A stretch of DNA of 64,000 bases from Phoronis australis. Lineage: Eukaryota; Animalia; Phoronida. The stretch spans positions 383,210-447,209 of the forward strand of contig NMRA01000154.1 of assembly GCA_002633005.1 (NCBI GenBank), in the 5' to 3' direction. Position numbers and translations under genes: made by a program. The notes beneath the pieces were generated by a model, which was not told the origin of the DNA, made no database searches, and saw nothing but the letters and a program-made list of their open reading frames with translations. Of this stretch, positions 34,851 to 47,500 are shown in pieces (position 1 is the stretch's first letter; every line of letters begins with the position of its first letter).

Positions 34851-37800
34851 TGGTGAACACTTGAAATAACGACATTCATGAAGCTTATGCAAATAGCAAA
34901 AATGATAAATATCACACCAATCCTTCAGTGAGTCTGAGTGAGTAAGAGACCCTTAGCGTAAAAACAAATTGGGACAGAATGCAGTCTGAATGTAAGTTGT
35001 CAGCACAGAGCAGTTAGTCAAGTAATATAATATCTGTGTAAGTTAACTTTGGATCCGATGATCATTCAAAAGACTTCTATACTTTAGGACAAGTTGTGAA
35101 ACGTGTTAAAGTGGCATGGACCGCGACAAATCGTGAAAAGATACGTTTTAAACCATCCCTAACGAAAGTACCTTCTTGGAACCTTTACTACAGAGTTAAC
35201 CACTTTCCCCTGAGAAGGAATTTCCAGAAAAAAATCACCCAATTCATGATTTTTGAAAGAACTACGAAGAAAACTTTGTGTGGTAACCACCAAAAGCTGT
35301 CACTCGTCCTCTCACTTATGATAAATGCTCGCATGCGCTCAGTCATTCGACAAACGAACAGATGAGTCAGTGTGAAGACTTTCCACCCAATGTGCTTTAT
35401 ACCTTGTGCCGTGATGGAGCTAACGATTTTGTTCTGTTGTGTTACCTACTCAGAATAGGCCTACTCGACACCGTCTGACTTGGGTCTGTCTTAGTCATTG
35501 TGCTCTGGTCGCTTCTTAATGTTTTTGCGATTAACACGGTTGGACAAATCCGTGACTGTGTTACATTTAGTGCATGCCTCTACGACATTTCATGATTGGA
35601 CCATTGCTTGAGATTTCATCGTTCAGCTGATATGAAGTGCATGTGGAGAATTCCTCGCTTACACTGGTCACCACTCTGATTCCCTAAGCCCCAGACAACC
35701 TTTATGATGCCTATTCAGCACGCCCTTCGTATTGATGTAGATAACAGCTAATGAAGTGGAAAGGTAGTAGCTCGCACTACTTTCTTAGCAATGGTGGTCA
35801 TTATTACACCCAAAATGTTTTTTCTCTGGCATTTGCACAGAGTTAAAGCCTGCAATATGGAGAGCAGTTTTAACATGGTACATTTTAAATATTTTAAAAA
35901 GACTAAAAAGTTAATTTGCGTTGTTCTTGACAATTCACTTCCCAAAGGAAGGAACTTTGGTTTTAAATATGTTTCATACCTGATTTCATTACTCTATTTT
36001 TAGTACTCCTCTCCACTTGTTTTTCTTACCGGTTAAAGTTGCTATCTTTTTATTTTGTGCTTAAACGAAGTATCAAAACAATTTAGAAGTCAGTTAATTG
36101 TGAACCCATCCCTAAATTTTCCAGAGTACAGCTACACCAAACATGTCTCTGCAAACAAAACTACACTTGTCATTAGTTCAAATTCAATCTTTATTAGAAT
36201 TCAAATCATAAAATATATACAAAAGTGCAAATATGGTGATAGCCAAACAGAAGATTTGGAACCTCTGGAAATATTGGTTGCAGTAACTACACAACTATTC
36301 TAGCTTTTCTCCAGTCACAAAAAATGAAATCACAGCTCCTGCCCATCGACCAACATCATTCATTGCTTTCACTCTCTCGTTGACTACAAAGCTAGCCATC
36401 TTAGTTGTCTTCACAGGTTTTCCAATACAACTACAAGCTAACTATAGAAATTGGCGCATTTCCTCGAATATTGGTTTTCCTGTTAACTTCTCCTTTCAGA
36501 AGAAAGGCTTTATATTAATGGTAAAAACTTTTCAATGTGGTACACATTATGGGGAAATGACATTCAGTGACTACATCGATTGTCTTATTCTCAATAGAAT
36601 GCCCGTTAATGTTACATTTGATGATCGAATAATTTTTTCATCAACTGGCAAGTTTGTTACTAATTATTGAAACCAAAATATTTCTTCAGTTTTAAAGTCC
36701 CATACAGTGCAGATGTGCTGATTCTTTTTCAAGCTGAAATGATTACCGATTATGCTTGCGAATTGTCAGTTTCCTGTTGACCTATAGAAATGTGCAGCGA
36801 TCAAAATGAAGTATTCCCTTTGTTTGCATTTGATTTGTTTGTTTGTGTAATTATTTTAGAGCTTTCTTAGGAAGGACTTTGAACAATTTTAAGTTTTGTG
36901 TTTACTTGTCTATAAAAAAAATTCAACATACAAGAAAAGTATGTTTTCAATTGTAGATAGTTGGATAAGAATCTGCTATGCACAAGATTCGAGAATAAAC
37001 AATGATCAGTGTATTTAAAAACAACATAGCAAACTGAACAACCACATACATACAAAGAAACAACATTGTTAAAAACAATTGTAATTTTCCCAATGCAACG
37101 GAGTCCATAATCGGGCCTATCAAATGCTGACTTTCTGAATTATGTTCAATTCGTTTAGGTTATTGCTGAAGGACTGCTTTTCACGTTGTCCAAAGGTAAA
37201 ATAGACGGTCAGGTGGCTGGTTTCAGTCGTTTTCTCTCACCTGTAACAGAATAGTCAGAGAAATATTTGCAAATTATAAAAGAAAACACCAGACAAACTG
37301 CTTTTGTAAGGCAGAACATATTTGACGTTTCATCTTCATGTTCATATGTAGAAACTAATAATCTTTGTACCCAAGTCTTATTTAAGAAGTGAATTAAAAT
37401 ATGTGAAACCGGCTAAAAGTGATTTAGCAATGTGTATTTTTCATGACACCTATAACGTGTTTCTGATCTCAAATAAAATTCGTTCTAGGTGTAAATATTT
37501 ATTCTAGTGCAATGTTACAACATTACTGAATACCTTTTTCATGTTAACTCAGTAACTAATCTGGTAGTCCTGGACAGGGGTCCGCTAAAAAAATAAGGAA
37601 ACTCACTCATTTAGAGAATTTTACTGGACATAGCATAATTTTGAAGAGAAACTGCTGTGAAAAAGCCACCCTTGGCTTCTGAGCGTCACGTACGATACAC
37701 CTCTTATATTGGGAGCACTCCCACCCAGGACAATTTGAATAATGTGCTGCTAGCCTACCCTGCGGGTCCCGGGTGAGTTTCCGAAAAGAAGCACTTATTT

Positions 37801-37847
37801 CCACTGAATAAACCCGTTATTCAGTGGATAACGGGTTTATTCAGTGG
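37801..37847. repeat. Perfect 20-bp inverted repeat with a 7-nt loop
   Basis: ccactgaataaacccgttat-tcagtgg-ataacgggtttattcagtgg. Confidence 0.85.
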
Positions 37848-39303
37848 GGTAACTGGTGGGGATAACATCACCGAACAATGTCGATAGAAACTGGTTGCTA
37901 AACACCAAGTAACGTCATGTAGTCTCTCAATGGAAATGCATAGCCATAGAGCACACAGTGAGGCTTCCGCATCCACACAATTTTTGTCAGTTGGTTGACC
38001 CTTTTGACCGCAATTCTCCGCGCCTGTAGTAACCTTAGGTGTTTTGGGAATTTGTGACCACCTGTCGAAGATTTGCACCAGGAAAAATAGCAACAATAAG
38101 GCTTAGCGCGACGACGTATTTTGATAACAATTCAGTCTTTTTGCCAGCTGTTTACCTGCAGACAGCGACACATGCGCAATTCAATCACCACCAGAAACGC
38201 AGCGACACCGCGAGGAGAATTCTCCGAATAGACCGATTACGCGAAGGTCCACAAAAACCCGTAGTTCACGTAATTTAACTGCATTTATATATATTCATTT
38301 TTGCCTTATCTTTCCAAAGTTGCCATGCTTTTACAGGGCATTTTCCTCTATGATATGCCGTAGACGGAACATTTTTAAATGTTTGTACGGAAGATATTTC
38401 AGTGTGATATTGGTTATCATGGAAATCGGACGTTGACGTCACCCACACCTCGTAGGCGTTCTTCTAGTAAAAGATTTCGCCAACTGCTATGTATGAGGCC
38501 TAAAATTGGATTTGTGTTTTGTATAGCTCCCCTCTCTGCTTTCAATCAAAGAAGTTTCACGTATTAAGTTCCCGTGAACATTATAATAGGGTTTTGAGTG
38601 ATAATTGAATCGTTACAACCTTTGGAACATCAAAAAATGTTCTTAATTTTTCAAAAATTAGTGTAGAATCTATTCTTTTTTCGAGTATAAATTGACACTA
38701 TATATTTAAGATGTTTGCCTTCGTTTTAGTTTTTAGCAACTAAACTACTCAGAATTTTAAAAACAGAATTGGGGGAAAATCTTTTAATCATAACGCAAAT
38801 GGACAATTAGTTGCGCGTAAATGTTCTTCTAGGCATTGATGACCGATTAACATAAACATTTTGGAAATCGATGGATCGGTTGCAAACAAAGATGCATATT
38901 AACGTTGCAACAGGTTTGCCGAAAACACGGAGAAAAACACGATGGAAGTTTAAATATCAGACGACAGCTTTGTTTGGCTATGTTACAAGATGTTTTTGGT
39001 TAAAACCTATTTTTTTCAGAAGTAAATAAAACGACCTGTCACTGAAAAACAATATCTTGTATGTTTATTGTCTATGTGGCATTTAACATTTCCTCGTCAA
39101 AAATGCCCAATTAATTAAGTCTAATGGGTAAACAGAGATTATCGGTAATTGGTGGGCGGAGATTATCGCCAATTCATCATCACAGACTTGCTATGACGTT
39201 TCTCGACAAAATGCTTAAAAACAACATTTTGTGAGAATAAAGACATCCATTGTTTAAATATCATTAATTGAAATGTAAAACCAATATTTTGATCAAAACA
39301 ACG

Positions 39304-39347
39304 GCTTGATAAGCCTCGGCGTTTATTAAAACACTATCCTCAGAAGC
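39304..39347 (-). ncRNA. Degenerate minimal type I hammerhead ribozyme, second copy
   Basis: Minus strand reads gctt-CTGAGGA-t-agtgttt.taat.aaacgcc-GAGG-ctta-TC-aagc; retains CUGANGA and the UC cleavage site. Confidence 0.5.
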
Positions 39348-40000
39348 AAAAAATGTGGCCACCTTGCTAGGCTCAACAACAAGTACATGTACTTAATGAT
39401 AAACAGACACAGTTACAGGGGAGTATAACAATAGACTAAAGTCAGAGCATTGCTCATAACAATGATTGGAGCTCTGTAGTTGAATATTAATACGTGAACC
39501 TCTGTCAGAATTTAGATGTTCACTGGTTCGGGTTTTCAAATGGCGACTAGTTTCGCCAATATAACTGGCGCCACACTCAGCACCCATAATTTTGTCCACT
39601 ACCACGGATCTTAAGCCAGTAGGAATTTTGTCCTTAGGGTTAAATAAATCAGACAGTTTTAGAGACTTATTTAACAATTTGTTCAGTTTTCGTAGAATAC
39701 TCTTAGCCTCAAACACAACATAGGGTATTTTCAAATACCTGCTGTTAGTTTTGACTACATGACGAATATCATCAGGGTTACGTTGCAATCTCGCTTTCAG
39801 TACCCTTTTGACTAGTTCAAAGGAATAGCCATTCTTTTCGAAACTTATCAAAGCTCTTTAACATCAGAATCAAATCCAGCCCAAGTGTTGTTAATGCGAT
39901 ATACTCTTGCTATTGGAGTATTAATGAGACTCACCTTACACGTATGAACAAAGGATGTGAAGCTATGAAAGCTGATTTAAATCCTTAGTTGTTTTTATCA
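39304..40000 (-). mobile_element. Penelope-like retroelement relic, second copy
   Basis: Same GIY-YIG peptide in ORF 39393-39851, with an internal deletion relative to the first copy. Confidence 0.85.
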
Positions 40001-40155
40001 ATATATACTTCAAACTGGTGTCATCGAAAACCAAATATACTGAAGAAAACTCAAAGATGTCCATTTTAGCCTCACCCATCTTGAGAGTATAACCCATAGA
40101 TCATAGTATCTTTATGTCTCCTTGGTGCAACGACACTTTTCCAGCTTCACTATAG

Positions 40156-40266
40156 TAAATACATAGACGCTGAGTTTGGACTGTAGAGAAATGTATCAAA
40201 TAAACACAGAAAATTTTGGAACCCCGACTGGGAATCGAACCACAGGTCTCTAGATTGCCGGTCTAG
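40156..40266 (-). mobile_element. 5'-truncated tRNA-derived SINE
   Basis: Minus strand ctagaccggcaatctagagacctgtggttcgattcccagtcgggg has an anticodon-like stem-loop and a B box (GGTTCGATTCC). Absent from repeat copy 1. Confidence 0.6.
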
Positions 40267-40529
40267 TTAAACATTTCATGGAACAGATTATCAACGCAAC
40301 TTAATTCAGTCGGAAATTGAGTCGAAATAATGATCATTCAGCAGAGCTCCAGATATTTTCAAACTTAACAGGACCTAACATGAATTATTTAGCTTAACTT
40401 TTAATTCTGGTAATGAACCAGCACCAAAAATGGCCGCCGTAGTGAGTGAGAGCGGACTCATGCGTTATGGGTACTCAATCAACCGCAGCCATTTGTACTG
40501 AGGTTTATAGGGAAATCCCGCCCACTTAA

Positions 40530-41865
40530 AGGCGAAGGCAACCTTTTTTCATGTCACTTTTAGCAAAAATAAAGTTTGTTGATTATCCCAGACCCATTTT
40601 TCACTTAATTACAGCTTTTCGTAATTTGATTAATTTCTCGTCCTCTACTCCGGAATTGACGTTTTGGGAGGCAAGAGTTTCGCTCCAATTTCTTTTCGTT
40701 ATGTTCTGACTGCGAGAGCTGTCGAGTCAGTCATTGTTATACCTCGGTTGTGATAAGTTCGGTCGTCGTTTGTTTTTGTTTACAAGTCAGTCAACATGCC
40801 ACGCTGTTGCTGCGTGCCGGGATGTACTCAGTATCGTCTCACACGCGCTTTGGGTACCTTGCGTCGCTTTCCGAAGGATGACACACTTCGCCGTACTTGG
40901 CTAGCTCGTTCATGTGAAGAACGCAGCGCTACCCGTCCACACAACGTACAAAGCAATGGAGGGTTACCGAGTGTGTGGCAAGCATTTTCTGCCGTCTGAT
41001 TACGACAGAGATGTGTACGCTGAATTGATGAAGGTCCCTGCGAAACAACGCCTGAAGAAGGGTACCATAACGTCGTTGATTCCGGGCAGTGCCCCGTCGC
41101 CAACCCCCTCCCCCGAGAAGTGCATTTTTGAAGCGAGAAGCCTCGCGAGATGTGGGCACTATATACAGTGACTGGAGGCACTTCATCTACTGTCACCCGT
41201 GCCTCCGAACGTACCGCATTGCGTGCAATTCCGGGAACTAGCAGTGATTCGCTCTGTGCTGTTGTCTCTAGCCCAGAGCCTTTAAGCAGCCCTGCAGCTA
41301 TGTTGAGTAGTGGGAGTGAATACAGTCTCAATTCGACATCCAGTAAAGAGGACAGTTCGTCACCCAATGAAGAGATCGGTGAGCCTAAGTTTGATAAGTT
41401 TATTGTGGACTTGTATTGAAGCAATTTAGAAGGTGCCAGGTGTGTGGCGAGGGAGTCACACGGCGGGATGTAAGCAGTTTGGGTGCTCAGATCACCCTCC
41501 AGTAGAAGTATGTCGTGGGACACTCGGGCAAGTGGGACAGTTCTTCCTCTGTACGTGTGACGATAATGAGTACACCCCAGTACGCAGCAACAGCGTGGCA
41601 TGTTGACTGACTCGTAAGCAAAAACAAACGACGACCGAACTTATCACAACCGAGGTGGAACAATGACTGACTCGACTGCTCTCACAGTCAGACTATATGA
41701 AAAGAAATTGGTGCGAAATTCTTGCCTCCCAAAACGTCACTTCCGGAGTAGACGACGAGTAATTAATTAAATTACGAAAAGCAGTAAATAAGTGAAAAAT
41801 ATGTCTGGGATAATCAACGAACCATATTTTTGCTAAAAATGACATGAAAAAGGTTGACTTCGCCT
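40530..41865 (+). mobile_element. Kolobok-type non-autonomous element with frameshifted THAP domain and ~320 bp inverted termini
   Basis: TTAA|aggcgaagg ... cttcgcct|TTAA (TSD 40526-40529 and 41866-41869); empty site in the paralogous copy (TTAA at 31471). THAP: MPRCCCVPGC...RFPKD..LRRTW / RVCGKHF...LKKGTITSL. Confidence 0.88.
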
Positions 41866-44195
41866 TTAAAGAATAATAATGAAATAAGGAAAACACAAAA
41901 GGAGTTGAAGAAATATTTATATTTCAGTGATATAATTCAACTGAAAAAGATCATGCTGCGTGCTAAATTTAAAAAGTAAAGGAAATAGTATATTTAAGAT
42001 GCTAGAGACGATAAACTACATGTATAAGGCGTTTTAACGATAAAATTTGAAAACTTTACGATGTTTTAGTTACTCAAACCAAACGGAATTACCTTCACCA
42101 TACAAACCTAACTCGTCTATTTTTCATCAATACCTTCGGGTAAAAAATAATCCAGACTTTTCGAGAAGAATTCAGTTCCAGAAGTCAAACAGATCGAAAA
42201 TCACCAATTTTAGTCCACGATCAATAAATTTCTTTTAACCAGTGTTTTGTTGCTATAGCCCCCAGTCCAGTATGGTTCCCATTTCAAAAGGTTTTCCTTA
42301 TTTCGCTAGGCATTGGCACATCCCTGTAGCAAGTGAAATTTGCTGCCAGGCATTATAATAACAGGAAAGATGTTTAAACGTTGTTTATACCAGTAGTTTG
42401 AAAAATCCCATTCGCATTACGTAGGAATTGTAGGTGACGCTGAACGCTTGTCCACCAAAGGCCTGATCGCCGTTTGACGGGTTAGTGAATTTTCAATATG
42501 GATATTTCGAAAGCCAGCTGTCATCGACCGCGCTAAATGAATGCGTTTATGTGAGGTGGCACTGAACAGTTAGGCTGTGGCCCGGGACAATTCAGTTGCA
42601 CTGCCAAAATGTTACAATTTTGGGGTAGGCCAAGTTTGGGGGCATTTTGTACATTGTAGGTAGGCGTTGCTCAGTAAATGTGGTTTGTTTGCGTTTATGA
42701 ACATGTTGAGAATAAAAAGGGCTCTTGCTCGGCTGTAGCTGCACTCTTCTTCAAGATGGTGGCCCCCTGTTGCATTTGTGCATTGCTGTGTAGCAACTGA
42801 GAAATTGGCCGCGATTTCAGGTAGCCCTCAAACAAGCCAGATTTGCAAAAAACTAGTTTGTTTGCAGTACTTTTGGACCACATTTTTGGAATCGGTAGGA
42901 AATTTGCTTTCGGAATCTAATGTTGGCTTTAGTCGAGCATCGGTAGGGAAGTGGTGGTTTGGGGGGAAAAGTGCCGATTTTGCTTTTTGCCCCTATTTTT
43001 CTTTGTCTAGTTTGGTTTTCAGTGGGATTGAAAGGGTCAAAAATACAAGAGAGAATAAAGTTTCTGTGCACATCCGTAAGGCTTGTGGTGCATGCAGGCA
43101 AACCCCTGTGAGAACTATTCTGTGCCTCCTGAACACGCATCTACTCAAAACTGTTGTCAACAAATAAAATCCCAATAGCGTTTTGGCAATTTTTTATCGT
43201 ATTTTGTCCGTTACGCTACTTTTTTCACGAAGAATTCAATTTCAGGAGCCAAACACGTTTAAAATTACTAGTGTTTGACTTTGACATTTCAATTTATTTC
43301 ATCCAGTATTTTATTGCAGTGAAGAAATCGCAAATGCGATAATTGCTCTGACCACTCACTAGGAGCTGAGGTAAACTTTTGAGATATCAAGGGCGGACGG
43401 CTACACGGGTACCATTGATCAACTGAAGGCCTGGTTTCTAAATGCTTGGTGAGTGTCTCTGGTGACTGTGACAGTTGAATGGAAATAATTTGTACGATAT
43501 GGGGCCAAGAAGGGCGCACAGGGACATTTAAAATCTGTTCTGGACTCCGAATATTTGTGAAGGTCAAATGAATAAAACATAGGGCAATTAAGTTACTTAT
43601 AATCCAACGTAGATCGTTACAAATTTCTTTGAAAGCCTTGCTTTCGTAACTACATGTATTCAGCAAAGCCAGCACGTAAAGTTACAATATATGTTGTGGT
43701 CTGATTACGGAAAGCGTCAAACCATGAGTTCACCACACTAAAACCGATGACGCAATCCATTCAGGTGAAAGAACGAACCTGTTATATTCAAACTGAGTTC
43801 AGTTGTCAGCAATAACGGTTCGCCAGTCCTTCCCTAGTTAGTTCTTTTGACCACTGATCTTGCTCTGTTGCTGAATAGCAGGCCTGTAGTAAGGATCCTC
43901 TGTAAGATGTAGTAGCTAAGCTGCTCGCCTAAACTGAGCGATCGATTAAGTTGTTGAGCAAATAGTTCGTGTCAGGCACCAAAATCCTCACTGCACATTG
44001 ACGTCAACAAAAAGCTTAGCCAAACGTTCATATTGAGGCAGAAAGCTCAGCTCCTAGTTTTCCGTCTGCGATGGCTCATCAGACAGGTTCAGTGAACAAA
44101 CAGAAATAAAAATAGAAACATGTCTTGTTACCTGTCTGGTTACTTAGGCAATATATATTTGTGAAAATGGATAAGGAAATAATCACACCAGACTC

Positions 44196-44342
44196 CTGTT
44201 GACCTCGCTAAAAGCAAGAATTCGTGAGATTACATACGATATTGTCGTGTACATGTACTTTAAATGAGAACACGTGACTTCGGCTCGATTTTGGGTTAGT
44301 GAGCTAGGTCCCAGCGTAGGTCCTAGCGTTACTGAACGCAAG
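44196..44342. mobile_element. MITE family A copy, ~260 bp upstream of beta-lactamase-like gene 1
   Basis: gacctcgctaaaagcaag...gagaacacgtgactt...ggtcctagcgttactgaacgc. Confidence 0.75.
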
Positions 44343-44599
44343 GCGGCTCTACGCATGTCCACTTGAAGGTGCTGGCGCTGACGCAGGTCTACACAATTGA
44401 AGAAATGTAGGGCCTAATAGGTCTCAGAGCCTGCATGACAATTAAACACAGTGTTTTCCGTTACACAGCTGCTCTACATGTATATCTGCTGGCCAAAATA
44501 ACTGTCACTCAGTCAAGGGACAGGTTGCTATGATTATCTAAGAACGTTTTGTATTTGACTGAGATAATTCTCGGAATTTGACGCTTCAGTTTCCAGGTA

Positions 44600-47500
44600 A
44601 TGACATCCGCTTCCGAGATGAATTCTCCGTTTGCTTGGCTCACTTTGCTCGTGCTGGTGTTCGCACAGAACGTGCAAGAAGTTGTCAGTTTGTCGGATGC
44701 CCAGGAGCGGAAAATCAACTCCGTCGTAAATGCAGCAATCAAATGCTGGAACGTGCCCGGCCTGAGTCTTGCCGCGGTTCAAGGAGGCAAGACTGTGATG
44801 GCTCGTGGATATGGGAAAGCCGACATCGAAAATGATACACCGGTTACGGACAAGACACTCTTTTCTGCCGCATCAATCTCGAAACAGTTCACTGCCACCT
44901 TGCTGGGAATTTTCCTCGAGGATAACGGGTAAGAAACCCTTGTTCAAGACATCAAACCTTTAAATTTTTTTAAAAAATCATTTAGTAGATGTGCTCACTA
45001 TATCCTTATCAATAACGTCGATATATTTAGATCACACAATAAACATCAAGCGGTGCGTGATATGCTAGTTATACATGTAGTAGGAAACTGTGCCAATTAT
45101 TAAAATCATTCTGGAAAAGGTTTAGTGTTTAGTTTTTGCTTACTCAGGTAAGCTTTCTTTGCCAGGTTAAAAACATTTGCAACCTAAGAAGCGAACCCAG
45201 TGTCTCCGAATATGGCAGGTACAGGTACATTCAGTAACGAGGCTGGCCTGGCTACTCTAGTCAATCTGGACTGGCACATCGTATGGTACCTGTATACGTC
45301 ACTTAGAACGGGTATTCATCTCGCATTGTATTTGGTTAGTATTCCGGAAGAGACACTTTCTATGTTAAATGGTGTAACATCATAATATTGTAGGTCTGTT
45401 ATTTTCTGAGAAATAGTAAATCGAGCTGATTGTATTCAACCTTTCATTAGTATTGGGTGGAAGACAAAGGTCAGAGACATCATGGCTGACTTCGTGATGC
45501 CGAGTGACTACATGACTATACATACTACCCTTGAAGACGTCATAGCACATAGAACGGGGCTGGCTGAAAACATCAACTTTGGACAATTCTCAGGCGAAGA
45601 AGCATTCGAGTAAGTTTTTTCTTGAGACAAAACCCAGAAAATGTTGCAATGGCCTTTATTGTCTCAAAACTCAAATCGGTTCTGTTCTGATACCAATTGC
45701 AATAAATAGCATCACTTTCTCATAGGCGGGGGCTATAACCCAACGCCCCCTCCAATTTCTCAGTGCAGCGCCTCCCACAGGAGAAATACAAGCTTGTACA
45801 TGTAATGTGGTTCCAGTTTCTTAACATTACGTGTATGTATGACCCTGGAAAATGTCCAAATTTTGAAAGGTTTGGAACATCATACCCCAAAATTGCGTAA
45901 TGGATTCCCACGAAACTTTCTAGTGTTCTACAATATTGTTCATTGCAAATTGTTTTTATATGCTCCACTTTGAACGAGGGTTTGTATGAAATAGGAATTT
46001 TAAGATTTTCGTGAAAAAAGCGGAAGTTATAAAAGTGAAATCGAAATGATAATTTATAAAATTGTAAGAGATTTTTTGAAATTATATCTTGAACCCATTG
46101 AATTTGGTCGGTCATGTTATTGATATCATTGTTTTGCTTTCAATCTGCCTTTCTACTTGCTACACTTTAACAAAAAGGTGGTCACGTGACATACACCTAA
46201 CGATATATTCTTAAAAAAACAAAAATCAAATTCTGCAGACATTAAATGTACGCGTTTACTGGCTTGAAATCTATAGTTTAGTAAATTTTTGACATGTCAG
46301 TAAAATTTTACATAAGTACCTTAGTGCAATCTGATAATGGATACAAAATGTAACAAAATAGAGCTTTTCAGTCAACGTGAATACGCAGTGTCCGCCCGAG
46401 CCTGCGTTTTAGCGTCATTTGACGCAACCACTAATTGTAAAAGACGCAAATTGACATGATAAATGCGTTTTTTTGGGCACATCTTTTTGTTCAATGGTTA
46501 AGATGAATAAAACTTAAAACACACGGAAATTATTTGATTCTTTTCTTTGATTACCATACCGTAGCCTTTGTTCATAACAGCATCGCTAGATTGTTACATT
46601 TTTCCCAAGCCAAACGCATGGCATCGTTGCTCCGTAAGTGGGTCATCACAATGTAAGTCAGCGTATCCTGTTACAATTGGTCCGATAGAGGGGGTAGACA
46701 GTAACAAAAATGGCGTCGAAACAGATGAATACGTATATTATGAAAAATAAAAGCTTGTCTCATAATTTCCGAGTGTGTTTTTTAAAGATTTTGTGAGTAC
46801 GTTTCATGGTTCCCAAAAAATTCAAGGGGACCCCAAAAATATTAGAAGATGGGTCCAGTGGATCCCATTTTATGGAAGAATAGGGCGAACACTGACGGAA
46901 TCCATTATTCTCGCTACATTTCCCCACATGGAGCCTCATGTGATATCTCATGGACTTGAATTTGTGCGGTACTATGATAAAGCAGTGTGGATGGAAAGGA
47001 TGTGGTATTAAGCAAATGATTATATGCATTTAAAGTTTGGTGGTTATAAATCCGAAATTATAGTTGGCTGTGCTAAAGCGTAAGGAGCGACAATCGTGAT
47101 TAATTTATAAACTTGTTGTGCAATGACCCTGATTCAAAGGACCGTTCACTCTAATCACGTAAGTTTTGCTTTCCCATTTCTGTTATGATTCAAAGGAACG
47201 AACTGCGGAAAGTTAACAATCTTCACTGAAAATATCTAGAATCTGAAGTAATTAAATGCTTGACATACATTTGCACGGACAGCGCGGCAAAGTCTTGAAT
47301 GGCACGTGAACACATGAAAGCATTTCATTGGTAGCCCATACATAGATATGGGGTACCCTCTCCTCACATCTCCCCAACAAACACGAATGTAGGGGTGCTT
47401 TTCCCTCCCCCTAACGAACACGACCAAACGTGTCGGTGTACCGTTTTAGAGTCCAGTTACGAAAATGGTGCCTTTCTCCGCGACTACCTTAAATTCAAAA

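Larger units (their letters stand above)
38240..42254 (+). repeat. Direct repeat, copy 2, with extra SINE and Kolobok insertions
   Basis: Matches 29215-31607 except for insertions at ~40156-40266, 40530-41865 and ~41880-42138. Confidence 0.9.

Noticed and set aside
38155-38235. Signal-peptide-like exon with a cag|gtaaac donor on the minus strand
   Set aside because: The phase-compatible frame contains a stop, and a cleaner first exon exists at 28840-28777.
40222-40266. Functional tRNA gene
   Set aside because: The 5' acceptor and D arms are missing, and the sequence is an insertion relative to repeat copy 1; treated as a SINE fragment.
40828-41601. 257-aa ORF, the longest in the track
   Set aside because: Only the first ~16 codons are the inverted THAP start. 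The rest is antisense read-through of the transposase relic, so it is not called a gene.
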